The translations under genes and the position numbers were made by a program. Under the pieces are notes generated by a model that saw nothing but the letters and a program-made list of their open reading frames with translations, was not told the DNA's origin and ran no database searches. Below are positions 47,071 to 56,963 of a DNA stretch of 64,000 nucleotides, one piece after another; the stretch's first letter is position 1, and each line of letters starts with the position of its first letter. Source of the DNA: Solobacterium sp. (lineage in GTDB: Bacteria > Bacillota_I > Bacilli_A > Erysipelotrichales > Erysipelotrichaceae); the NCBI GenBank assembly GCA_017510405.1, contig JAFWNG010000033.1, positions 19,005 through 83,004 of the forward strand, read 5' to 3'.

Positions 47071-47696
47071 AAAAGCTGATCCTTGCCGCCGCAGCATTCC
47101 TGATGGTGCTTTCGGGATGCTACGTTTCCAACAGAGAACAGCTGGAGCGAGAATACGCAGAGACGCAGGCAGCGCTGGAAGGGCCGGAAGTGACCCTCGA
47201 AGGCCTGCACCATGCGGAGATCTATATTAAGGATTACGGCATCGTAGCGGTCGAACTGGATGCCGATACAGCTCCGATCACAGTGTCCAACTTTGTCGAT
47301 CTGGCAAATAAGGGCTTCTATGACGGCACGAAGTTCCACCGGATCATGGAAGGCTTCGTCGTACAGGGCGGTGCTCCGCGTACCGACTGGACCGAACCGG
47401 TGGGCCGCATCAAAGGGGAATTCTCCGACAACGGCATTGAAAACAACATTTCCCATACGGAAGGCGTGCTGTCCATGGCGCGCATGTCCAACAGCTTCAA
47501 CAGCGCATCTTCGCAGTTCTTCATCATGGTCGGCGACAATACGTATCTCGACGGACAGTACGCTGCGTTCGGACATGTGACCGACGGCTATGACATCGTA
47601 AAGAAGATCTCCGAAGACGCAAGACCGACTGACAGCAACGGTACGATCAGACCGGAAGAGCAGCCGGTGATCGAAAAGATCGTCATACTGGACTAA
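47067..47696 (+). CDS. Cyclophilin-type peptidyl-prolyl isomerase lipoprotein
   Basis: Lipobox LSGC; APITV.NF, FHRI..GF.VQGG, SMAR, SQFFI. Confidence 0.92.
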   Translation: MKKLILAAAAFLMVLSGCYVSNREQLEREYAETQAALEGPEVTLEGLHHAEIYIKDYGIVAVELDADTAPITVSNFVDLANKGFYDGTKFHRIMEGFVVQGGAPRTDWTEPVGRIKGEFSDNGIENNISHTEGVLSMARMSNSFNSASSQFFIMVGDNTYLDGQYAAFGHVTDGYDIVKKISEDARPTDSNGTIRPEEQPVIEKIVILD

Positions 47697-47759
47697 CAGG
47701 CGTACTGCCTGTTTTTCCGGTCATACCGGACATGGTAAAATAAACACGGTGGAATTCAT

Positions 47760-48419
47760 ATGAAAAAAGTAATCAATATCGTAGAAGATGAAAAAGACCT
47801 CAATGAGCTGGTCAAGCGCTATCTGGAGAAGGAAGGCTACGAAGTCCGTTCCTATCTCAATTTTGATGAAGCGAGCATGCACACTGAGGATATGGATGTA
47901 CATCTGTGGATCCTCGACATCATGCTCGGCAATAAGAGCGGATTTGACCTGATTGAAGAGATCCGCAGTTTCAATCCGAACGTACCGGTCATCTTCATGT
48001 CCGCGCGCGACAAGGAATTTGACCGCATTATCGGTCTCGAGAAGGGAAGCGACGACTATATCACAAAGCCGTTCTCCCCGAAGGAACTCGTACTGCGCGT
48101 AAACAATATCATCCGCCGTACATACCGGAGCGACGATGAACGCATCCAGGTGGACGGCTATACGATCGATGAAACACAGCGGGCAGTCTATACCGAGAAC
48201 GAACAGATCGAACTGACCACGAAGGAATTCGAACTGCTCATGCTGTTTGTCAATCACCGCGGCAAGGCGTTCTCACGGGAACAGATCCTGAAGGCTTTGT
48301 GGGAAGAAAACTACTACGGCAGCGACCGTGTCGTGGATGATACGCTGCGCAGACTGCGCAAGAAAATGCCGAATCTCAGCATTCACACGATCTATGCCTT
48401 CGGCTACAGGTTAGGATAA
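47760..48419 (+). CDS. OmpR-family response regulator (CssR-like)
   Basis: ILDIML, KPFSPKEL, RVVDD..RRLRKK, TIY.FGYR. Confidence 0.92.
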   Translation: MKKVINIVEDEKDLNELVKRYLEKEGYEVRSYLNFDEASMHTEDMDVHLWILDIMLGNKSGFDLIEEIRSFNPNVPVIFMSARDKEFDRIIGLEKGSDDYITKPFSPKELVLRVNNIIRRTYRSDDERIQVDGYTIDETQRAVYTENEQIELTTKEFELLMLFVNHRGKAFSREQILKALWEENYYGSDRVVDDTLRRLRKKMPNLSIHTIYAFGYRLG

Positions 48420-49831
48420 TGAAACGGTTCCGGATCTGGCTGCGTGAAATGACGCTGACCCAGCAGCTGCTGGCGATCATCGTACTGTTCATTACGATAT
48501 TTGCGTTTTTTCTGCTGGTATTTCTTTCTCCTCAGATCGATCTGTTTTCGCATGAGGAAATGTACCGTCTTCTGCACAGTTCGCAGGAGAACCTGATCTA
48601 TTACCTGAACCACAACCCCAAAATGACGCCGGTGCTGGAAAGCGGCGCCGAAATGTCGGTGTCGCATATCGTTTATTCGGCCGAAGACGACACGTTCGTT
48701 TATATTGCCGGCGCACCGGTTCCGGAGGAACTGAAGACGGATATCCTCAGTCACATCAGCGAGGATTTCTCCGGAACCCGGGACTATAAGTTCGTGCCGG
48801 CGGATGAAAAGGAAAGAAACGATACCGAGATCCTGTACTGCATGACGGCACTCAACAACAGCCGTTGGCTGATCTCCGTCATCTCCAACGAGATCCCGGA
48901 ACAGTTCCGCAAATCTCTGACCAATACGATCGTCAACCTGAATGTGCTGGTCGTCTTCCTGCTCTTCCTGCTGCTTCTGGCCTGGGTGAGTACGCTTATC
49001 CTGCCGCTCGGGCAGATCAAGAACTACATTACCCGCATCAAGAACGATGAACCGGCAACGCTGAATATTTCCCGCCGTGATGAGATCGGCGAAGTGGCGG
49101 AGGCGCTGGTCGATATGGAACAGCAGCTTTCCGCGCAGTCGCGGGAAAAAGAAGAGATGATCCAGAATATCTCGCATGATCTCAAGACACCGATCGCGAC
49201 GATCAAATCGTACGGAGAAAGCATCAAGGACGGCATCTATCCGTATGACACGCTGGAGAAATCCGTCGACGTCATTATCGAGCACGCTGACCGTCTGGAA
49301 AAGAAAGTACACAGCCTGATCCTTCTGAACAAGATGGGATATCTCCTGGATGACTGTCCGGAAGGGGATACGCTGGATATGAACAGTATTATCGACAAGG
49401 TCCTGCTGTCCCTGAAGGTCGTGCGGCCGGAGATCGAATTCAAAACGGAGATCGATCCGGGCGTACTGTTCCACGGGGAAGAGGAACCGTGGCGCATCAC
49501 AGTCGAAAACCTGATCGAAAACGCTCTGCGCTATGCCCGCACGACGATCCGCATCACCCTTCATGAGCGGGAACTGTGTGTGATCAACGACGGCCGCCCG
49601 ATCGGGGAAGACGTGATCAATACGCTGTTCCGTCCGTATGAGAAGGGACAGGACGGCAAGTTCGGTCTTGGTCTTTCCATCGTGCATAAAGTGTGCACGA
49701 CGTACGGATACAAGGTGACCGCAGAGAACCTGGCGGACGGCGTATGTTTCCGGATCTGGAAGGAACCCGGACGCAGGGAAGTGCGCAAGAAAGCAAAACG
49801 GGAACGCACAAACCGTAAAAACAGTGCGTAG
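48419..49831 (+). CDS. Sensor histidine kinase (CssS-like)
   Basis: Two TM helices, HAMP, SHDLKTP, ENA.RYA, G.FGLGL. Confidence 0.92.
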   Translation: MKRFRIWLREMTLTQQLLAIIVLFITIFAFFLLVFLSPQIDLFSHEEMYRLLHSSQENLIYYLNHNPKMTPVLESGAEMSVSHIVYSAEDDTFVYIAGAPVPEELKTDILSHISEDFSGTRDYKFVPADEKERNDTEILYCMTALNNSRWLISVISNEIPEQFRKSLTNTIVNLNVLVVFLLFLLLLAWVSTLILPLGQIKNYITRIKNDEPATLNISRRDEIGEVAEALVDMEQQLSAQSREKEEMIQNISHDLKTPIATIKSYGESIKDGIYPYDTLEKSVDVIIEHADRLEKKVHSLILLNKMGYLLDDCPEGDTLDMNSIIDKVLLSLKVVRPEIEFKTEIDPGVLFHGEEEPWRITVENLIENALRYARTTIRITLHERELCVINDGRPIGEDVINTLFRPYEKGQDGKFGLGLSIVHKVCTTYGYKVTAENLADGVCFRIWKEPGRREVRKKAKRERTNRKNSA

Positions 49832-49848
49832 AACCGGAAGATCTGAAT

Positions 49849-50607
49849 ATGACAGAATACAGAACGATACATGGTGTGAAGACCGCTTACTGTGAAGAAG
49901 GAACCGGCAGAGATATGGTCCTTCTGCACGGCTGGGGACAGAATAAGGAAATGATGGGACAGATCTTTGAACACTTCAAAGACCGCTTCCATGTTTTCAG
50001 TCTGGACTTCCCGGGATTCGGCGAAAGCGATGCGCCGGCAGAAGTCTGGGGCGTTCCCGAATATGCGGAATTCCTGGCGGATTTTATTCAGGAATTCTCT
50101 CTGGAAGAACCGATCCTCATCGGCCATTCCTTCGGCTGCCGTGTCGCGATCCGCTATGCGGCTGTGCATCCGGTACGGAAAATGTGCCTGACCGGAGCGG
50201 CCGGGATCCGTCCGAAACACGATCTCGGATGGCATGTACGCACAAAAACATACAAAGCGGGGAAATGGCTGCTGAAAGTGACAGGCAATAAGGAAAAACT
50301 GGAGGAACTGCAGAAGAACTCCGGATCGGAAGACTACCGGAACGCGCAGGGGATCATGCGTCAGATCTTTGTCAAAGTCGTAAATGACGATGTCAGCGGT
50401 ATTCTCAAGGATGTGAAGTGTCCTGTACTTCTTGTATGGGGAGAGTTCGACGATGCCGTCCCGCTCTGGATGGGAAAGCAGATGGAAAAGGAAATGCCCG
50501 ATGCCGGTCTTGCCGTATTTGAGGGAGACGATCACTGGGCATACTGGCACCAGGCGGCCCGCTTCAATACCGTTCTGGATATATTTCTGAAAGAGGATGT
50601 ACGATGA
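49849..50607 (+). CDS. Alpha/beta hydrolase
   Basis: LHGWG, D.PGFG.S, GHSFG, D and H triad candidates. Confidence 0.9.
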   Translation: MTEYRTIHGVKTAYCEEGTGRDMVLLHGWGQNKEMMGQIFEHFKDRFHVFSLDFPGFGESDAPAEVWGVPEYAEFLADFIQEFSLEEPILIGHSFGCRVAIRYAAVHPVRKMCLTGAAGIRPKHDLGWHVRTKTYKAGKWLLKVTGNKEKLEELQKNSGSEDYRNAQGIMRQIFVKVVNDDVSGILKDVKCPVLLVWGEFDDAVPLWMGKQMEKEMPDAGLAVFEGDDHWAYWHQAARFNTVLDIFLKEDVR

Positions 50608-52172
50608 TGAGAACAGTTACAGCCTGCGTCGTTTTGTGCGCGATGCTGTTTACGGCCAAAAAAGCACTGCATATGTTTCAGCAGAACCGCTATGAAACGG
50701 GACGGCTGAACGGATGGATCAAAGGCAGTCCGAAGGAAGTATTCTCCGTTCCGGGCATCGTTCTTTCGCTTGCCGGCATCGCCGCAGCGTTCCTGCTGAA
50801 GGAACCGGTATCACTCTTCGTGATCATCGCGCTGTCAGCGGTATGGCTTGCCCTGGAGGCGATGCGTGAAAAGCTGGCTTCCTACATCAAGCCGCTGGTA
50901 TATACTGCCCGCGTCAAACGGCAGATCGCTGTGCTGGCTGTGCTGGCTTGTGCTGTGCTGTGTCTTGTGATCTTTGTGAAGCAGGCGTGGACAGCCGCGC
51001 TCTGCGTGCCGTTTGCGGTATTCGGACCGTGGCTTCTGCTGTATCCGATGGCGCTGATCACATCTCCGATCGAAGCGGCAGTGAGGAAACACTATCTCGA
51101 TCAGGCAAAAAACATCCTGAAAGAACGTCCGGACCTGATCAGGATCGGCATCACCGGCAGTTTCGGAAAGACAACGACAAAGAATATCATGCAGGCGATG
51201 GTATCCGAGCAGTACAACTCTCTGATGACGCCGGCTTCCTACAATACGCCGATGGGCATTACCATCACGATCCGTACGATGCTGAAGCCGCTCCATCAGG
51301 TATTTGTATGCGAAATGGGTGCGGATCATGTCGGTGATATCACCGAGCTGATGGAATTCGTTCATCCGACGATCGGCGTCGTGACGTCCATCGGTCCCCA
51401 GCATCTGAATACATTCGGATCCCAGGAAAACATCACGCATGAAAAGATGCAGATGATCGAACTGCTTCCGGCAGACGGCTTCGGCATCCTGAACGCGGAC
51501 AATGAATTCATCCGTTCCTACCGGATCCAGAATCCGGTAAAGACAGTCACGTACGCGATCCATCATGACGCGGACTACCGTGCCGAAGACATCCGCTACA
51601 CACCGACCGGTTCGTCCTTTACCGTTGTATGCGGGGAAGAACGCATTCCGATGGAAACAAAACTGCTGGGCGAACTGAATATCCTGAATATTCTTTCGGC
51701 TGTTGCGGCGGCCCGCCATCTCGGCATCGACTGGGCTGTGATCCGCAGAGCTGTCCGTTCCATGCCGCAGGTGGAGCACCGTCTGGAACTTAAAAAGATC
51801 AACGGACTGCGCTTTATCGACGACGCATTCAATGCCAATCCGGTCGGATCGGCAATGGCTCTTGAGGTGCTCGGCATGATGCCGAATACCCGTACGATCG
51901 TTACTCCGGGCATGATCGACCTCGGCGCAAAGCAGGAAGAGATCAACCATGCATTCGGCGAAAAGATGAAGGGGAAGGCGGATATCGTCATCCTTGTCGG
52001 CGAAGTGCAGACGAAGCCGATCTATGAAGGACTGAAGGACTCCGGCTTTGCCATGGAGAACGTGCTTGTCATGAAGACGGTAAAAGACGCGTTCGCATGG
52101 CTCTGGGCTAACGCGGATCCAAACGGAACCATCCTGCTGGAAAACGATCTTCCGGACGCATTCAATCACTAG
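50604..52172 (+). CDS. murF: MurF-like Mur ligase with N-terminal TM helices
   Basis: GITGSFGKTTTK, S.NT.MG, EMGA, DDAFNANP, LLENDLPD. Confidence 0.8.
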   Translation: MMRTVTACVVLCAMLFTAKKALHMFQQNRYETGRLNGWIKGSPKEVFSVPGIVLSLAGIAAAFLLKEPVSLFVIIALSAVWLALEAMREKLASYIKPLVYTARVKRQIAVLAVLACAVLCLVIFVKQAWTAALCVPFAVFGPWLLLYPMALITSPIEAAVRKHYLDQAKNILKERPDLIRIGITGSFGKTTTKNIMQAMVSEQYNSLMTPASYNTPMGITITIRTMLKPLHQVFVCEMGADHVGDITELMEFVHPTIGVVTSIGPQHLNTFGSQENITHEKMQMIELLPADGFGILNADNEFIRSYRIQNPVKTVTYAIHHDADYRAEDIRYTPTGSSFTVVCGEERIPMETKLLGELNILNILSAVAAARHLGIDWAVIRRAVRSMPQVEHRLELKKINGLRFIDDAFNANPVGSAMALEVLGMMPNTRTIVTPGMIDLGAKQEEINHAFGEKMKGKADIVILVGEVQTKPIYEGLKDSGFAMENVLVMKTVKDAFAWLWANADPNGTILLENDLPDAFNH

Positions 52173-52186
52173 GGGACAGACTGCAT

Positions 52187-53092
52187 ATGAAATGGGCAGT
52201 GATCGGAACATGGAAAATGGCGTATGACGGCGTCTGTAAAGCTGCAGAGATCCTGCGCAGCGGCGGGACTGCAGCAGAAGCGGTGCTTGCCGGCTGTGCT
52301 GACGGAGAGGACAATCCCGATTATCATTCCGTCGGACTGGGCGGGCGTCCCGACCGTGACGGACGCGTCTTTCTTGACGGCGCGTTCATGGACGGAGATA
52401 CGCTTCGTTTCGGCGCGGTTGCCGGTCTGGAAGGCTTCCGCTCCCCGTCCCGCATCGCGTATGCCCTGAAAGACGAGGACGCCAACAACTTCCTCGCCGG
52501 TCCCGGGGCAGCCCTGTATGCGCGGGCACACGGTTTTGAAGAGCGCGACAATCTCACGCCGGAAGGCCTTGCCATTTACGAAAAAGAAAAAGACCGCCGG
52601 AAGAAGCTTTCCGCCTACGACGGTCACGATACGATCTGCTTTACCGCTCTCGATATGTACGGAAGCATCTGTACGGCAGTATCGACGTCCGGTCTCTTCA
52701 TGAAGGAACCGGGCAGAGTGGGGGACAGCCCTGTCGCCGGCTGCGGTTTCTATGCCGATTCGGAGATCGGCGGGGCAGCCGCCACCGGTATGGGAGAAGA
52801 GATCATGAAGGGGTCTCTGAGCTTTCTGACCTGCCGTCTGATGGAGGAAGGGAAAAGCCCGGCCGAAGCGGCAGATGAAGCGGTATGGCGTCTTGACCGG
52901 CGTCTCAGCCGGAACGGCGGGACATGCCGGCCGATGTCCGTGATCTGCCTGGATCATAACGGTGTCTGCGGCGCGGGAACCAATATCCTGTTTCCGTTCG
53001 CATATGCCAGCGACGAGCAGGAACCGGCATTGTATATCGCGGAGCCGAAAGAGGGGAAAACAGTCATTCGGAAAAGTTTTGAGATTTTTTGA
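52187..53092 (+). CDS. Isoaspartyl peptidase / N4-(beta-GlcNAc)-asparaginase (Ntn hydrolase)
   Basis: SVGLGG.PD..G...LDGA.MDG, HDT cleavage site, STSG, GRVGDSP..G.G.YAD, TG.GE. Confidence 0.9.
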   Translation: MKWAVIGTWKMAYDGVCKAAEILRSGGTAAEAVLAGCADGEDNPDYHSVGLGGRPDRDGRVFLDGAFMDGDTLRFGAVAGLEGFRSPSRIAYALKDEDANNFLAGPGAALYARAHGFEERDNLTPEGLAIYEKEKDRRKKLSAYDGHDTICFTALDMYGSICTAVSTSGLFMKEPGRVGDSPVAGCGFYADSEIGGAAATGMGEEIMKGSLSFLTCRLMEEGKSPAEAADEAVWRLDRRLSRNGGTCRPMSVICLDHNGVCGAGTNILFPFAYASDEQEPALYIAEPKEGKTVIRKSFEIF

Positions 53093-53101
53093 AAAAAGAT
53101 G

Positions 53102-53130
53102 TTGCAAAACCTGAGACCGGATGTTATATT
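53102..53130 (+). promoter_or_regulatory. Promoter of the tRNA operon
   Basis: TTGCAA-17-TATATT with TG extension. Confidence 0.7.
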
Positions 53131-53166
53131 GAATAAGCGCTGAACAACAAATGAACTTGGCAGAAC

Positions 53167-53257
53167 GAGGAAATACTCAAGAGGCCGAAGAGGTGCCCCT
53201 GCTAAGGGCATAGGTCGGGAAACCGGCGCGAGGGTTCAAATCCCTCTTTCCTCGCCA
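53167..53257 (+). tRNA. tRNA-Ser (GCT)
   Basis: Acceptor GAGGAAA/TTTCCTC, G73, CCA; anticodon arm TGCCC-CTGCTAA-GGGCA; long variable arm. Confidence 0.95.
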
Positions 53258-53262
53258 TACAT

Positions 53263-53339
53263 GGTCCTGTGGAGTAGCGGTTCATCTCGTCTCCCTGTCA
53301 CGGAGAAGATCGCGAGTTCGAATCTCGTCAGGACCGCCA
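53263..53339 (+). tRNA. tRNA-Asp (GTC)
   Basis: GGTCCTG/CAGGACC acceptor; TCTCC-CTGTCAC-GGAGA; TTCGAAT; CCA. Confidence 0.95.
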
Positions 53340-53343
53340 TTAT

Positions 53344-53414
53344 GCGAGTGTAGTTCAATGGTAGAACGCCACCTTGCCAAGGTGGACACGGCGGTTCAAT
53401 TCCGCTCACTCGCT
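53344..53414 (+). tRNA. tRNA-Gly (GCC), full CCA not encoded
   Basis: GCGAGTG/CACTCGC acceptor; CCACC-TTGCCAA-GGTGG; U73, followed by CCT. Confidence 0.95.
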
Positions 53415-53421
53415 CCTGCAG

Positions 53422-53447
53422 AAAAGTCCTTGAAAAAGGGCTTTTTT
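53422..53447 (+). terminator. Terminator after the tRNA operon
   Basis: AAAAGTCCTT-GAAA-AAGGGCTTTTTT. Confidence 0.75.
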
Positions 53448-53499
53448 GTTTCTGTAAGCACATGTCGATATATAATGAATTAAAGGAGCTTTACGGAAT

Positions 53500-54336
53500 A
53501 TGATCACACAGCTCAGAGTACTGCTGGCGGATATCGACGGTACGCTGGTAGAAAAAGGGGAAGCGATGATGCCGAGGACGCGCAATGCGATCATACGGCT
53601 TCATGAGGAAGGTGTGCTTTTCGGCCTGGCAACGGGAAGAAAGATCACGCAGAAAATGTTTGAACGCAGATATACATGGGATCTCCCGTTTGATTTTGAC
53701 GTCATGATCGGCATGAACGGCGGCCAGCTGTGGGATAAGTTTCATAAAGAGACCGAAGAATATCATCTTCTTACGCCGGATACCATGCGTGAGATCCTTG
53801 AGGTGATGTCGCCCCTGCATCTGAACTGCTCGATCTATGAGGAAGATCATATGGTATCGCTGTATATGGATGAGATGATGCACAGTTCGATGAAGCGCAA
53901 CGGCATCAAAGTGATCCTTACCAATGGCGATACGGAACGGCTGTGCATCCGGCCGAATTTCAATCTCATATTCCGCTTTGAACCGGAACAGCAGGAGAAA
54001 GTCCTGGCACACGCGCGAAAAGTATCCAATGACCGCTATATCGGCGTCGTAACGTCGCCCGGCATCGTGGAGTTCATGGATCCCCGCATCAACAAGGGAC
54101 TGGCAGTGCGCAAGTTCAGCGAACGGAATAATATCCCGCTGGATACGATCATGGCATTCGGAGATCAGGACAATGACTGCGGACTGGTCAGAGAAGCAGG
54201 ATGGGGCGTATGCCTGCTGAACGGCAGTGATCTGACAAAATCCGCAGCCGACGCAGTCACGGAATATCCGTGCGACGAAGATGGAATGGGCCGGTACCTG
54301 GAAGAATACTGGCTGAAGCCTCATGGTCTCCTTTAA
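53500..54336 (+). CDS. Cof-type HAD hydrolase
   Basis: DIDGTL, ATGR, NG, KG, FGDQDND. Confidence 0.92.
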   Translation: MITQLRVLLADIDGTLVEKGEAMMPRTRNAIIRLHEEGVLFGLATGRKITQKMFERRYTWDLPFDFDVMIGMNGGQLWDKFHKETEEYHLLTPDTMREILEVMSPLHLNCSIYEEDHMVSLYMDEMMHSSMKRNGIKVILTNGDTERLCIRPNFNLIFRFEPEQQEKVLAHARKVSNDRYIGVVTSPGIVEFMDPRINKGLAVRKFSERNNIPLDTIMAFGDQDNDCGLVREAGWGVCLLNGSDLTKSAADAVTEYPCDEDGMGRYLEEYWLKPHGLL

Positions 54337-54943
54337 GAAGTACAGACGCCGCGCTGCTGTGAACGCGGCAATCGCTGTTCTCGTGCCGGTATGCTGGTTC
54401 TGGCTGGCGTTCCGCATCAAAGGAGACGGGTTTATGGCAGGCGGACTGCGTACGCTCAAATACTTCACAGTACTGTCCAATCTTACCGCCGGCGCTGCGG
54501 CGGTCCTCTGGCTGCTGTATCCGGAAAGCCGAGGCGTGCAGCGGCTGAAGCTGGCTGCGGCGGTCGGAGTAACGATCACCTGTCTTGTTGTCATAGGATT
54601 TCTCGGATGGATCTACGGCTTTCCGATGATGTATGAAGGACCCAGTCTCTGGCTTCATCTGCTCATTCCGCTGTTATGCATGGCAGATGCGGTAATACTG
54701 GAAAACAGGCAGTATGACCGCACGGATATCCTGTGCGCCGGGATCCCGGTGCTCGTCTACGGAACCGGATATATCACAAATATTCTGCTGAACGGAGCAG
54801 AAGGAAACGACTGGTACGCATTCGCTGCGTGGGGAATATTCCCGGTCGGTCTCATCATCTTCGCGGCACTGATCCTGCTGAGCTGCGGCATCGGCGCCGC
54901 TATGGCATATTTACAGAAAAAAACGGTTAGAAAGAAGGTATAG
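54323..54943 (+). CDS. Pr6Pr-like integral membrane protein
   Basis: YFTVLSN and LH..P motifs; about 6 TM helices. Confidence 0.6.
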   Translation: MVSFKKYRRRAAVNAAIAVLVPVCWFWLAFRIKGDGFMAGGLRTLKYFTVLSNLTAGAAAVLWLLYPESRGVQRLKLAAAVGVTITCLVVIGFLGWIYGFPMMYEGPSLWLHLLIPLLCMADAVILENRQYDRTDILCAGIPVLVYGTGYITNILLNGAEGNDWYAFAAWGIFPVGLIIFAALILLSCGIGAAMAYLQKKTVRKKV

Positions 54944-54944
54944 T

Positions 54945-55307
54945 ATGGGAACTCTGAAAGGAATACTGGATCCGGCGATCTACTGGATCCCGCTGGCGAT
55001 CCTGGCATTTTCCTGCCCGGTCTTCAGCATCGTGCGCTTTTACAATAAGCAGTACCGCGGCTGGCAGCTGCTGACATTCCTTTCTCTGATCTTCGGAACG
55101 CTGGTCATGCTGGAAGAATATCTGATGGTCAACAACTGGGTGCTTGCGGAAGACTACAAGACACTGAAAAACACTGTTCCGGGCATGGCTCTTCTTCTGG
55201 TCGTCTTCGTACTGTTCGGCATTGCCCTGAATGTATACAACTGGTATATCCACCAGAAAGAGATCATTGAGCGAAGGGGGAAACGCGGACGTAATGGGAA
55301 TGTATAA
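54945..55307 (+). CDS. Hypothetical membrane protein
   Basis: 120 aa, three hydrophobic helices, tightly packed in the operon. Confidence 0.65.
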   Translation: MGTLKGILDPAIYWIPLAILAFSCPVFSIVRFYNKQYRGWQLLTFLSLIFGTLVMLEEYLMVNNWVLAEDYKTLKNTVPGMALLLVVFVLFGIALNVYNWYIHQKEIIERRGKRGRNGNV

Positions 55308-55322
55308 ACAGGGGGACTTGAA

Positions 55323-56963
55323 ATGAACTATTCTCTGCGTCCGTATCAGAAAGAAGCGATCCTGAACACGGTCCATGAATGGCGGGACGGCAACCGGAAG
55401 ACCCTGCTTGTGCTTCCGACCGGAACGGGAAAGACCGTATGCTTCGCAAATGTGGCAAAGATCTGTGCCGAACACGGACAGCGCGTGCTCATTCTTGCCC
55501 ATCGGTGGGAACTGCTCCAGCAGGCGAAGGAAAAGATCGAAGCCGTAACCGGTCTTGAATGCGCGATGGAAAAGGCGGAAATGCACGCCAGTAACAGCGA
55601 TGCGATGATCGTGATCGCGTCCATGCAGACACTGACCCAGGACAGCCGGCTTCAGGAATACGCTCCGGACGCGTTTCAGGCGGTCATACTGGATGAAGCG
55701 CATCATGCCCTGAGTCCGTCCTACCGCAGAATACTTGACCGGTTTTCCGATGCGTTTGTGCTCGGGGTCACCGCTACGGCGGAGAGGGGCGACAAACAGC
55801 AGCTGGGAACCGTTTTTGATTCCATCGCCTATGAATACACCATGAAGCAGGCGGTGCTGGATAACTATCTGGTGCCGATCAAGGCGATGACCATCCCGCT
55901 GAAGCTGGATATACGCAATGTAAAGATCCAGGACGGAGACTTTCAGCCGACCGCTCTCAGCGAAGCGCTGGAACCGTATCTCGAAAAGATCGCGGAAGAG
56001 ATGGAAAAAGTATGCAGGGACCGACGGACGGTCGTTTTCCTGCCGCTGATCCGCATCTCCGAGCTGTTCTGCGAATGCCTGCGGAAGCACGGCTTCCGGG
56101 CTGCCGAGGTCAACGGCCGCTCCAAAGACCGTACCGAGATCCTGGAAGCGTTCGAACAGGGGGAATACGATGTCCTGTGCAACAGCATGCTTCTGACGGA
56201 GGGCTGGGACTGTCCGCCGGTCGACTGCATCGTTGTTCTGCGGCCGACGAAAGTGCGCGGTCTGTACCAGCAGATGGTAGGACGCGGCACCCGTCCGTAC
56301 CAGGGAAAGGAAGATCTTCTGCTTCTTGACTTTCTGTGGCTGACGGAAAAACACGAACTGTGTCATCCGGCGGTATTATTCGCACCGACGGAAGAGATCA
56401 GCGAACAGATGACGCTGCGTCTGGAAAGCGGTCAGGCGGAAGACCTGATGGACTGCGCCGAGGCAGTGGAAGAAGACATCATACATAAGCGCAAGGAAGC
56501 ACTTGCCCGCCAGCTGAAAGAACAGCGCGACCGCCAGAGACGCGTACTGGATCTTCTGGAAGTCGGCTATCTTCTGCAGGATACCGAGATCCTCGACTAT
56601 GAACCGACGTTCCGCTACGAATCCGAGCCGGCGACCGAAAAGCAGCTTGCGGCACTGGACCGGTTCGGCGTGGATACTGCTTCCATCACGACAAAAGGAC
56701 AGGCCAATATCCTGCTGAAGAAACTCATTGCCCGCAGTGAGAAGAACCTGTCAACGATCAAACAGACACGCTTCCTGGAAAGCCGGGATTTTGAAAATGT
56801 CAGTAAGTGGACATTCGAAGAGGCGGCGCAGATGACAGACCGGATCGCCAGGAACCGCTGGCAGGTCCCTTCGGATATCGATCCGAAGACCTACATACCG
56901 CCATCGCTGAAAGGAAAGCGGCGCCGTAAGCGGAAGATCTCCAGAAAAGAGGATAACGCATGA
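55323..56963 (+). CDS. SF2 DEAD/DEAH-like helicase (phage-replication type)
   Basis: LRPYQ, LPTGTGKT, DEAHH, TAT, LTEGWDCP, QMVGRGTR; C-terminal ATEKQL...KQ..FLE..W.F..A...I..N.W. Confidence 0.9.
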   Translation: MNYSLRPYQKEAILNTVHEWRDGNRKTLLVLPTGTGKTVCFANVAKICAEHGQRVLILAHRWELLQQAKEKIEAVTGLECAMEKAEMHASNSDAMIVIASMQTLTQDSRLQEYAPDAFQAVILDEAHHALSPSYRRILDRFSDAFVLGVTATAERGDKQQLGTVFDSIAYEYTMKQAVLDNYLVPIKAMTIPLKLDIRNVKIQDGDFQPTALSEALEPYLEKIAEEMEKVCRDRRTVVFLPLIRISELFCECLRKHGFRAAEVNGRSKDRTEILEAFEQGEYDVLCNSMLLTEGWDCPPVDCIVVLRPTKVRGLYQQMVGRGTRPYQGKEDLLLLDFLWLTEKHELCHPAVLFAPTEEISEQMTLRLESGQAEDLMDCAEAVEEDIIHKRKEALARQLKEQRDRQRRVLDLLEVGYLLQDTEILDYEPTFRYESEPATEKQLAALDRFGVDTASITTKGQANILLKKLIARSEKNLSTIKQTRFLESRDFENVSKWTFEEAAQMTDRIARNRWQVPSDIDPKTYIPPSLKGKRRRKRKISRKEDNA

